From the NCBI GenBank assembly GCA_965224025.1, contig OZ245033.1, positions 2,272,001 to 2,336,000 of the forward strand: 64,000 nt of DNA. Reading direction: 5' to 3'. The notes under the pieces were generated by a model. It was not told the DNA's origin. It worked only from the letters and a program-made list of their open reading frames with translations, and ran no database searches. Source of the stretch: Candidatus Multivorans sp. (lineage in GTDB: Bacteria > Acidobacteriota > Thermoanaerobaculia > Multivoradales > Multivoraceae). Shown here one piece after another: positions 51,224-62,223 of this stretch. A program made the translations under genes and the position numbers. Numbering within the stretch: the stretch's first letter is position 1; every line of letters starts with the position of its first letter.

Positions 51224-52721
51224 GGCTCTTTTGAATTGCGAGTGGGTCAAGCGGTGTGCGGGTTGAGCGTGTGGAAGTCGAGTTTGCCGGCGATGAGGAA
51301 GAAGGCGATGCGTATGGTGTCGAATCGCTTGTAGCCTCTGGCCTTGCGTTTGGCGGACTGGAAGAGTCCGTTGAGGGCTTCGAGGAAGCCGTTGGTCTGC
51401 CGGGTTCGCGCCCAGGCAGCGATCGCTTGCAGGTGCTTTCGGATGGTGCGGGCGACGGCCTTCATGGGTTCGACCTTGGAGCGGTTCACGTTGGTGCACC
51501 ACTGATGGAGCATTCGCAGCACGACGTTGATCTGCTTGCGGTTGAGAATTTCGCGGAGTTGCTCCCGATAGAGCCAGGCGCGTGCGGTGCGTCGGCTGGC
51601 GACCCTCTTGACGAAGCGGTCGAGGTCGGCCCGTTGGGCCGGCGTCAGGGAGTCGCGGTTCTTGAGCAGCGTCCAGCGCAGGCCCTTCAGCGACGGATCG
51701 AGGCGCTGTTCGAGGCGCCGGGTCTCGTCCACCGCCTTCGAGGCCAGGGCCATGACGTGGAACTTGTCGAGGGTCACCTCGGCGTTGGGGAGATTCTCGG
51801 CGACGCCCTTGAGGAAGGCGGCCGACATGTCGATGGACGCCCGGCTGATCGCGGCGGGATCGCCGCCGCGCCTTTGCAGATCGTCGGCGAACTCCTCGAT
51901 CGTGCCGGACTTGCGTCCCTCGGCGAGGAACACCACGCGCCGGCGCTCGCTGTCGGCGACCGCGGTCACGTAGTCGTGCCCCTTGGCGCGGGAAGTCTCG
52001 TCAATGGCCACGTGGCGCAGTTCGGAGAGGTCGTCCCGGTCGACCGCCAGCTCGACGTAGCGCTTGCAGATCGCGTGCACCCGATGCCACGACACCCCGG
52101 TCAACCGGGCCACCGCAGCGAAGGTCATGTCTCGGCACATGGCCAGAATCAAGGCTTCGAACAGCAGCGTGAAGCCGGACAATCTGCCCGACCAGGGCGG
52201 AGTCACCAACGCCACCCGCTGGTCGGGGAGTCGCACACGGGGCACTCGCGCCTCGAGCAGGCACTCGTGCTGGAAGAAGTTGAGGTGCCGATAGCGCTTG
52301 ATCTGCGTGTCGTGCACCGGATGAGAACCGCCGTCCCCCTCGTGGGCGAATCGGCTGCCCTTCCTGAAGTCGATCCGTATCGTCAACCGACGCTCCCTCT
52401 CACAGAAGTCCACGCCGTCAACGAACCACGGCGCCGACACGCCCAGCGCTCTCGCGAACAATTCCCTCTGCATCTCTCGTCCTCCTTCAGTCGGAACAGG
52501 AGAGACGAGTCTTGCTCATTCCGATCGCCCGCGACTACCGCCGCCACCCGAAATCGCCGCGAACGCCCTCCCCACCGGACAGCTTGCGCCCTCGCCGCTA
52601 CCGGTCTTCCGCAGATTCCACAGCCCGACGGCGGCGGCTACGGCGGCGGAGGCCGCTATCCCAAGACCCCCTCAGCATCTGCACTCGCCCGCGCCCTACC
52701 CACTCGCAACTCGAAAGAGGC
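51224..52721 (-). mobile_element. ISL3-family insertion sequence (1498 bp) with 8-bp TSD AAAATAGT
   Basis: 24-bp imperfect IRs GGCTCTTTTGAATTGCGAGTGGGT / ACCCACTCGCAACTCGAAAGAGGC; TSD at 51216-51223 and 52722-52729. Confidence 0.95.
51247..52473 (-). CDS. ISL3 family transposase
   Basis: RHLNFFQHEC, IDETS, SIDMS, DKFHV, TNGFLEALN..KRKARGY. Confidence 0.96.
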   Translation of the reverse strand: MQRELFARALGVSAPWFVDGVDFCERERRLTIRIDFRKGSRFAHEGDGGSHPVHDTQIKRYRHLNFFQHECLLEARVPRVRLPDQRVALVTPPWSGRLSGFTLLFEALILAMCRDMTFAAVARLTGVSWHRVHAICKRYVELAVDRDDLSELRHVAIDETSRAKGHDYVTAVADSERRRVVFLAEGRKSGTIEEFADDLQRRGGDPAAISRASIDMSAAFLKGVAENLPNAEVTLDKFHVMALASKAVDETRRLEQRLDPSLKGLRWTLLKNRDSLTPAQRADLDRFVKRVASRRTARAWLYREQLREILNRKQINVVLRMLHQWCTNVNRSKVEPMKAVARTIRKHLQAIAAWARTRQTNGFLEALNGLFQSAKRKARGYKRFDTIRIAFFLIAGKLDFHTLNPHTA

Positions 52722-53980
52722 AAAATAGTAGTAGGAGGCGCTCTTGGTCCGCCGCAGCTCGATCTCCAACCAATCGTAGTCCGTGTTTCCGTACGGCTGA
52801 ATGCGTACGCCGTCCCGATAGATGTAGAGGCCCCCGATGCGTTTCGTCTTCTCCAACATGCGACCATGCTCCGCCGGAGGAAGAGTGGAATGCCTGGCTA
52901 CACCCTCGATTGCGGCAAACGTGATATCGAACGGGCCGCACGCCGTGGGATGCCCTTGTCCTTCGCTCCAGTTGATTACATGGTCGGTCTTGGTTTCGCC
53001 GTAGACGGATACGCTGCCCTTGAACTGGCCATACCGGTCGAATCTCCCCGCGATTTGGTGATCTGCGTTGTCGTAATCGTAGGGAGTGAAGAATTCGTGT
53101 TCGCCGATCAGGTCTTCGCATGTGCCGTCCACTCGGTGATCCCGAAAGGCGGTGCGGATGACGGGTTCCGCGCGGGCCACAAACGACGGAATGGTAAACC
53201 CCAGCAGCGCCTTGTGCAGCGGTGCCGCTGAACCGGAAGTCAGATCCCCCGCCAGGTCGTAGGCCAGGTTGTCAGATGTAGGCATAAGGTAGAAGTGTGT
53301 ACCGTGACCTCCGTCGAGGAGCGTAGGCTCGTCCATGTTTTCGGCTGTCTCGAGAGGATCCACCGCAAACGCTCCAAGATCGCCCTCTATCCGCGCCCAC
53401 TCCTCTGCGTCCATGTGTTTCTGAAGTCGGGCGTTCCTGCCGAGGAATGACTCCACCATGCCGGCTACGTCCTCGGCGTCGGGCAGGCTGCCTCCGGGGA
53501 AGGTGCGAAGGGGAATCCGGATGTCCTGAAGATTCAGTCCAGGACATTGGAAGACCCGCCAGTTCAGAAAGGCGGCCGTCAGGTCGGACAAGACGCCATC
53601 GCGAAGAGCCCGCGTGAGCACCAGCACTTGAGGGGCGATCGTGGCGATGGCCAGGCGACCTATTCCCTTCTCCCCCAAGATGGGCCTTGCGCCTCGCTGC
53701 GGCTTGCTGCGTCGACGCTCCGCGCGTTTCCGCTGGATGCTGGTCTCCGTCGCTATGGTGAGCCATCGGTCTATGAACTCGTCGGTCTGCATGCCGAAGC
53801 CGTCGTCGCGCAGCACGAACAGCCTGTCGCGACGGTAGTAGTCAACTTCCACGCGCCCGGCGTCCGCATCGTGCGCGTTCTTGAACAACTCGCTGATCGC
53901 GGTGGGGATGCCGGCGATCTGCTGCCTCCCCAGCATGTCCAGCGTCCTGGCCCGGGCCTTGAAGCTAACCTCCGCCGACA

Positions 53981-55090
53981 TCAGGTCACGCGTGCCTCGG
54001 CCAGGTGTCTGGTGACGTGCTGTCCCACGAGGTTCGTCAACAGCGAGGGTACCGCGTTCCCAATCTGCCGAGCCATCGAGTTCAGGCTGCCGCAGAGGTG
54101 AAAATCCATCGGAAATGTCTGAAGACACGCGGCTTCCCTGACGCTGATCGCGCGATCCTGCTCGGGGTGTCCGAAGCGGCCGTTGGAGTAGCTGATGCAA
54201 CGCGTCGTGAGCCCGGAAGCGGGCCGGTCCCACGACATGCGACCGTAGACGTCGGTGGCGCCGGCAATCTTCTTGTGGCATTCAAGACGAAGGGCCTTCG
54301 GCCAATCCCGGTGCCCGCCGCCCTCGGGGGTCGCCCGGATGCGCTCCAGATTGAGCTCGAACAGCCGGGCGGCGCGGTGGTCAGAGATTGCCGGGTGGGT
54401 CTCGCCGGCCTCAATCCGGGGCAGGTCGCCTATCCAGTCGCGCACGGTGGCGAATTCGGGGTTGGCCTTGCCCGGCCCGTGCGTCTCGGGAGGGAGATCC
54501 ACGGGTCCGTGGCGACTGGCGAGGAGCAGGAATCTACGGCGACCCTGCGGCACTCCATACTGCTTCAGGGGCACTGAAGTGCACGTCGGCTTGGGATAGC
54601 CGGCCTCCTCCAATCCCTGAAGGAACTCGCTGAGCGGTTCAGATTCGGGGCACACATTCTGAATCCCCGGGACGTTCTCCACGAAGACGATGTCGGGCTC
54701 GCACCTTCGGATGAAGCGCAGGAGTTCGAGAAGCAACGGCACCCGTTCGTCCTCGTTGGGCTTGGGACGGCTGGTGTTCTGCTTGGTGAACGGCTGGCAG
54801 GGCGCGCATCCGCAGAATAGAATGCGATGCGGTCGGTGCTTGACCACCAGCTCGTGGGCGGAGTCTTCATCCACATGCCGAATGTCTCCGCGTTCGAAGA
54901 CGGCCGCCGGGAGATTCCGCCGGAAGGTTCGCTCGGCGTCGGTGTCACAATCGAGGCCGAACACGATGTCCATTCCGGCGTCCTGGAAGCCGCGGCTGGC
55001 CCCGCCGCAACCGGAGAAGAAGTCGAACACCTTCACTCGCGGGCAGGGCGCGGCTGCGCCGTTCGTGTTGGGATCGCCGAGGGGATTCAT
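53981..55090 (-). CDS. dcm: DNA (cytosine-5)-methyltransferase
   Basis: FSGCGG, PCQPF, ENVPG, PQ.RRR, REAACLQTFP, IGNAVP; TGA overlaps the kinase ATG (TGATG). Confidence 0.95.
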   Translation of the reverse strand: MNPLGDPNTNGAAAPCPRVKVFDFFSGCGGASRGFQDAGMDIVFGLDCDTDAERTFRRNLPAAVFERGDIRHVDEDSAHELVVKHRPHRILFCGCAPCQPFTKQNTSRPKPNEDERVPLLLELLRFIRRCEPDIVFVENVPGIQNVCPESEPLSEFLQGLEEAGYPKPTCTSVPLKQYGVPQGRRRFLLLASRHGPVDLPPETHGPGKANPEFATVRDWIGDLPRIEAGETHPAISDHRAARLFELNLERIRATPEGGGHRDWPKALRLECHKKIAGATDVYGRMSWDRPASGLTTRCISYSNGRFGHPEQDRAISVREAACLQTFPMDFHLCGSLNSMARQIGNAVPSLLTNLVGQHVTRHLAEARVT

Positions 55091-55351
55091 GGACGACGCG
55101 GCTGCCGCGACAGAGGTTCCAAGGCGGCGGAAGCCTAACAAACCGCGGCAGAAGCCGTCTTCAGGCGAAAGGCCCCTCGTGAGGTTGTGAGGTCGTTCCG
55201 GTGGGACCTCGCACCATCTGTAAGACGTTCTGCATCTTCATCGCCAGGCTGATGTCGCCGGCGATTCTCGGGCGGCCGCTCATGCCGCCTGTCCGGTTTC
55301 AGGACGGCCTCACACGATCCCCCCCAACGGTCATCGCAGGAGTGGAAACGG

Positions 55352-56608
55352 CTAACCCGCCACCACCTTCGCGTCATGCCCGCACCAAACCAATCCCGAC
55401 ACGAGCTTCGGCAGGAACCGGGTCGACTTCGGCGGCAGCAGGTCTCCGTCCTCGGTGGCGAGCACGAACTGTGTCGGTGTCATCGGGGGCAGGAAGACGC
55501 CGACGGTGGCCTCGGAGTTCTCCAGCAGGGCGACGATGTCATGCGGGTCGGCCTCGTAGGCGATGCTGCCGTCGGTGGCGGATACGATCGGCACGCCGGC
55601 GGTCGTCAGCAGGTGGTGGTGGAGCAGGGAGGCCGGCAGGTCGGCCTTGCGGCCCGGCATGTCGTCCGGGGCGGCCGCGGGGTCGAGGGTCCAGAGTTCG
55701 GGCGATGCGTCACCTTGGAACCAGACGGCGAGAGCCGGCTGCGGCGCGGCGGCGACGCGGGCCGCGATCTCGGCGCCGCCGGTTGCTTCCAGGGGTTCGC
55801 GGTGCGCCGGCAGCGCGGACATCGCGTCGCGGTTCAGCGGCACGCGGATGCCCCGGTGGACGGGGTCGATCCGGAGGTTCGCGGAGGCGAGGCTGGTGAG
55901 GACGACCATCTTGCAGGCCGCCGCGGTGCCGCTCTTTGCGCCCTCCTCGGCGGCGTAGGTCTGGGCCACCTGGGTGCGGTGGTGGCCGTCGGCGATCGCG
56001 GCGCGGGCGCCTTCGAGCGCCGCGCCGTAGGCGGCGATGCGCTCGGGGTCGGTGATCCGGAAGAGCGTGTGGACATCGCCGGTCCAGGGGTCCGCGTGGC
56101 TGACCAGGGCGGCGCCGGCGCCTCCGTTGCAGTCTTCGATCAGCAGGCGTTCGAAGGCGCCGTCGTCTTCGGCGAGGTAGAACACCGGCTCGATGTCGAT
56201 CTGCGTGAGCCGCAGCAGGGCCAGACGCTCGGCGATCGACTTCGCCACCGTTTGCTCGTGCGGCCAGAGGTCGCCTTCGCGTCCCGGCTCGACGCCGACG
56301 AGGGCGCACAGGCCGAGGCGGCTTGCACCGTCGGGTTGGGTGATCGCGTACGGGTAGAGTGAGGGAGTCTCGTCGCGCTCGACGACTCCGTTCTCCAGCC
56401 ACTCCCGGTGGAGCGCGGCCGAGTGCTCGTGCGGCGTCTCGCCGTCACGCGCCACGGGCTTCGTCACCCGGGAGAACTGGTGCGGCGACTGGGCGTGCAG
56501 GCGGTCGCGCAGGGCCTCGTCGATCTGATCGAACGGCGGCGCAGCCTGAGGTGCGGCATCGAGCCTGGCGGAGTTGTAGCGGTAGCCCTGAAAGGCGTAG
56601 AGCTTCAT
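55352..56608 (-). CDS. DUF1015 family protein
   Basis: APPFDQI, PHEQT, IADGHHR, PPKSTRFLPK..SGL. Confidence 0.88.
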   Translation of the reverse strand: MKLYAFQGYRYNSARLDAAPQAAPPFDQIDEALRDRLHAQSPHQFSRVTKPVARDGETPHEHSAALHREWLENGVVERDETPSLYPYAITQPDGASRLGLCALVGVEPGREGDLWPHEQTVAKSIAERLALLRLTQIDIEPVFYLAEDDGAFERLLIEDCNGGAGAALVSHADPWTGDVHTLFRITDPERIAAYGAALEGARAAIADGHHRTQVAQTYAAEEGAKSGTAAACKMVVLTSLASANLRIDPVHRGIRVPLNRDAMSALPAHREPLEATGGAEIAARVAAAPQPALAVWFQGDASPELWTLDPAAAPDDMPGRKADLPASLLHHHLLTTAGVPIVSATDGSIAYEADPHDIVALLENSEATVGVFLPPMTPTQFVLATEDGDLLPPKSTRFLPKLVSGLVWCGHDAKVVAG

Positions 56609-56647
56609 TGCGGTTCCTCGTCGGTGTTGGAGTCGGCCCCCCATTCT

Positions 56648-56702
56648 GGAGGATTACTGCGGGGTTACCGCGGGGTTGCAGCGGGGTTGCGGCGGGGTTG
56701 GA
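56648..56702. repeat. 11-bp phased tandem repeat (GCGGGGTTRxx x4 plus one degenerate unit) upstream of the DUF1015 gene
   Basis: GCGGGGTTACC GCGGGGTTGCA GCGGGGTTGCG GCGGGGTTGGA at 56659-56702. Confidence 0.85.
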
Positions 56703-56716
56703 GTGGAAACGGCGGT

Positions 56717-59389
<2,673 letters not shown>

Positions 59390-59416
59390 TACTCCTGTTT
59401 CTCCAAGGGGGCGTGC

Positions 59417-60424
59417 TCAGCGCTCTCCGTCGCCGGTCCCGGAGGTGTCGCCGGAGGTCTCGAAGTGGGAGGTCTCACGGAGCCGTTCGAACAACGCCTT
59501 CTCCTCCGCGGTGAGCCGCTTGGGGACGACGACCTGAACTTCGGCCAGCAGATCGCCGTCCGGGCCCTTGGGATCGGGCAGCCCGCGGCCGCGCAGGCGC
59601 ATCTTCCGGCCGGTCGACGAGCCCGGCGGAAGCTGTGCCTCCGCGTGCCCGCCGAGGGTCGGAATCCGCACCTTGCCGCCCAGCGCGGCGGTCCACGGCG
59701 CCACCGGCACGTCGCAGAGAAGGTCGCGCCCGCGGCGGCGAAAGACGGGGTGAGGCAGAGCTTCGACCTTGAGAAGCAGATCGCCGTCGGGCGCGCCCAT
59801 GCCCTTGCCGCCCTGGCCGCTGAGCCGGATCGACTGGCCGGGAAGAACGCCCTTCGGAATCTGCACCTGGAGGTTCCGCGTACGGCTGGTTGAACGGTCG
59901 AGAAACTCGATCGTCCGTGAACCGCCCTCGGCCAGGTTCTCGAGGCTGAGCGGCAACGCGACCTCGTGGTTCCGGCCGCGGCGGGGCCGGGTCCAGCTCC
60001 CGGGCCGACCGCCGCCGGGGAAGCCCCGCGGGCCGGCGCCTCCGAACAGCATGTCGAAGAAGGAACTGAAGCCGGAGGCGCCGCCGACGCCGCGGGCGCT
60101 GCCGAAGTCGAAACGCTCGTCGCCGCCGAAGTTGCCTCCGTCGCCTCCGAAGTTGAAACGGAAGCCTTCCCAGCCGGGCGGCGGAGCGCCCCCGGTCTGC
60201 ACCCGTTGCCAGGCGGCGCCGTACTGGTCGTACTTGCTCCGCTTGTCCTGGTCCTTGAGCACCTCGTAGGCCTCGCCGATGTCCTTGAAGCGGGCCTCGG
60301 CGCCGGCGTCCTTGTTCACGTCCGGGTGGAACTGGCGAGCGAGCTTGCGGTAGGCCCGCTGGATCTCCGCCGCGGGGGCGTCCTTCGCTACCCCCAGCGT
60401 CTTGTAGTAGTCCTTGTATTCCAC
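59417..60424 (-). CDS. cbpA: DnaJ-class co-chaperone CbpA (J domain, G/F region, no Zn finger)
   Basis: KDYY..LGV, HPD motif, AYEVL, GDL, AALGG. Confidence 0.9.
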   Translation of the reverse strand: MEYKDYYKTLGVAKDAPAAEIQRAYRKLARQFHPDVNKDAGAEARFKDIGEAYEVLKDQDKRSKYDQYGAAWQRVQTGGAPPPGWEGFRFNFGGDGGNFGGDERFDFGSARGVGGASGFSSFFDMLFGGAGPRGFPGGGRPGSWTRPRRGRNHEVALPLSLENLAEGGSRTIEFLDRSTSRTRNLQVQIPKGVLPGQSIRLSGQGGKGMGAPDGDLLLKVEALPHPVFRRRGRDLLCDVPVAPWTAALGGKVRIPTLGGHAEAQLPPGSSTGRKMRLRGRGLPDPKGPDGDLLAEVQVVVPKRLTAEEKALFERLRETSHFETSGDTSGTGDGER

Positions 60425-60456
60425 CGGTTCTCCCCGTCCTCAGGGACTTGCGTGGG

Positions 60457-60509
60457 TCTGAGCACCAACGACCCAAGTTGGACACATAGTTTAGTCCATC
60501 ACACTCAAC
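60457..60509 (-). promoter_or_regulatory. Two HAIR-like (HspR) operators upstream of cbpA-clpB
   Basis: Minus strand GTTGAGT-N7-ACTAAAC (60509-60489) and CTTGGGT-N7-GCTCAGA (60477-60457) versus the consensus CTTGAGT-N7-ACTCAAG. Confidence 0.6.
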
Positions 60510-60516
60510 CTTGGGA

Positions 60517-60586
60517 AGCCGGGTGGCGCGATCCGCGCCACCGGTGAACGAGTCCATGCGCCCGTCATCGGGCACATGGATGGCGC
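60517..60586 (-). repeat. Family A element copy 4
   Basis: Reverse complement GCGCCATCCATGTGCCCGATGACGGGCGCATGGACTCGTTCACCGGTGGCGCGGATCGCGCCACCCGGCT. Confidence 0.88.
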
Positions 60587-60627
60587 CCTCAGCGGGGGGT
60601 TCCGGCTGGTGGACTGCAGATTCACGA

Positions 60628-60651
60628 AGGGCGCGACTCGCGTCGCGCCCT
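60628..60651 (-). terminator. GC-rich hairpin downstream of the ferredoxin gene (possible terminator)
   Basis: AGGGCGCGAC-TCGC-GTCGCGCCCT; only a weak U-tract. Confidence 0.35.
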
Positions 60652-60679
60652 GGATTTCGCTCAAGCTGTCGCTAGCCCG

Positions 60680-60937
60680 TCACGGCGGGTCGAAGCCGAA
60701 CATCGTGTAGTTCAGCGCGATGTACTTGTCCTGACCCTCGGGCACCTCCTCGAGGGGCAGGATCGCCTGCACCGGACAGGCGTCGACGCACAGGCCGCAG
60801 TCGATGCACTCCTCCGGGTGGATGTAGAGCATGTCCCAGTCTTCCTCGTCCTTGCCGTAGATGCAGTCGACAGGGCAGACATCGACGCACGACGTGTCCT
60901 TTACGCCGATGCAGGGTTCGAAGATGATGTGGGTCAT
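60680..60937 (-). CDS. 7Fe/2x[4Fe-4S] ferredoxin
   Basis: C..KD.SCVDVCPVDC and CIDCGLCVDACP. Confidence 0.95.
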   Translation of the reverse strand: MTHIIFEPCIGVKDTSCVDVCPVDCIYGKDEEDWDMLYIHPEECIDCGLCVDACPVQAILPLEEVPEGQDKYIALNYTMFGFDPP

Positions 60938-60975
60938 CGGACTCTTCCTCGGGCCGGCCAGTGAGTGCCGGACTC

Positions 60976-62223
60976 TCAAGTTTCCGGCGGATTCGGCGTG
61001 CGCGAGACAGTACCAGAGTCGCCGTCAGGCGAGAACCCGGCTGGCGCCGCCCGCGCCAGCCGTGAACCAGTGTGTGCGCCGGTCATCGGGCGCACGGATG
61101 GACCCCGGGTGGCGGTGGTGAAGCGGCTCGGCCGCATCGCGACGGGGACCGGGACGACGGGGTTCTCGGGCCGGCCGAGGACCAGCGGCGCGACCATCCT
61201 GGCGGTGAGCGGGGCCAGCAGGATGCCGTTGCGGAAGTGTCCGGCGGCGATGTGCAGACGGTCGCTCAACCGGCCGACCAGGGGCCACCCGTCGGGCGTT
61301 CCCGGACGAAGCCCGGCCCAGTGCTCGACCGGTTCGCGGCCGCGTAGCGCCGGCAGCAGGTCGGCGGCCTCACGGGCCAGTCCGCTGCCGACATCGTCGG
61401 TCAGGCTGAGGTCGAAGCCCGTGTGCTCGACCGAAGCTCCGATCAGGAGGCGGTTGCCGGCACGGCGGACGGCATAGAAGGACGGGGTTCGGATGGCGCC
61501 GGTGAAGGGCCAGTCGATCCGGTCGAAGGCGATCATCTGGCCCTTGACGGGACGAATGGGCAGGGTCGGAAGACCGCGGATCGCCGGTGTCCAGGCGCCG
61601 CCGCAGATCACGACGGCGCCCGCGGCGCAGGCGAAACCGGCGCCCGCGACAGAGACGCCGCCGGGTTTCTCCGTCACGCTCTCGACCGTGGCCCGGTGGA
61701 GGGTGACGCCCTGCCGCCTCAGGGCTGCCGCGGCCGCGGCGGCGGCAAGCCGGTTGTCGACGCGGTGTTCGCCCGGCAGCAGCAGCGCCGCCTCGATCCC
61801 GGGACGCAGGTCCGGCGCCAACTGGAGCAGTTCGGCACGGTCGAGCTCCGCGGTGGGTTCGCCGAGATCGGTGGCCCGTGCCCGGATCCCGCCCAGCGCC
61901 TTGCGGCCTGTTTCGTCGAGGACCGGCAGGATGGCGCCCGTGTTGTCGTAGTCGATCGAGGTCCCGCTCTCGTGTTCGAGGGCCGGCGCCAGCTCGGTCC
62001 AGAGATCGCGCGACGCAAGTGCCATCTTCGCGAAGGCCACGTCGGCGCTGCTCTCCGCGATCGGCGCGATCATTCCGGCCGCGGTGGGCGAGGCGGCGCC
62101 CGCGCGGCGGTCGTCGGCGACCTCGACCCGGGCGCCGGCGCGGACCAGCTCGCGCGCGATCAGCAGGCCGATCAGGCCGCCGCCAACGACCAGGACGTCG
62201 GGCCGCGGCCCACTGGCAGGCAT
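60976..62223 (-). CDS. thiO: Glycine oxidase ThiO-like FAD-dependent oxidoreductase
   Basis: GGGLIG, AS..AAGMI, PVKGQM, WAGLRP, GHFRNGILLAP. Confidence 0.8.
   Translation of the reverse strand: MPASGPRPDVLVVGGGLIGLLIARELVRAGARVEVADDRRAGAASPTAAGMIAPIAESSADVAFAKMALASRDLWTELAPALEHESGTSIDYDNTGAILPVLDETGRKALGGIRARATDLGEPTAELDRAELLQLAPDLRPGIEAALLLPGEHRVDNRLAAAAAAAALRRQGVTLHRATVESVTEKPGGVSVAGAGFACAAGAVVICGGAWTPAIRGLPTLPIRPVKGQMIAFDRIDWPFTGAIRTPSFYAVRRAGNRLLIGASVEHTGFDLSLTDDVGSGLAREAADLLPALRGREPVEHWAGLRPGTPDGWPLVGRLSDRLHIAAGHFRNGILLAPLTARMVAPLVLGRPENPVVPVPVAMRPSRFTTATRGPSVRPMTGAHTGSRLARAAPAGFSPDGDSGTVSRTPNPPET
61035..61104 (-). repeat. Family A element copy 5, inside the 3' end of the thiO ORF
   Basis: Reverse complement GGTCCATCCGTGCGCCCGATGACCGGCGCACACACTGGTTCACGGCTGGCGCGGGCGGCGCCAGCCGGGT. 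Confidence 0.85.

Larger units (their letters stand above)
49494..53981 (-). pseudogene. GHKL (MORC/HSP90-like) ATPase fused to coiled coil and histidine kinase, interrupted by ISL3 (993 aa if restored)
   Basis: N-half: ELFKNAHDA, DDGFGM, GEKGIGR. C-half: IISHEF, NLVDNA, DTGPG, GRGMGL. Removing the IS and one TSD restores the in-frame SASYYYFSYRQMFG. Confidence 0.9.

Noticed and set aside
55140-55330. Possible ncRNA upstream of dcm (several short hairpins)
   Set aside because: Stems are short and imperfect, as expected by chance at this GC content; no second copy or recognisable family.
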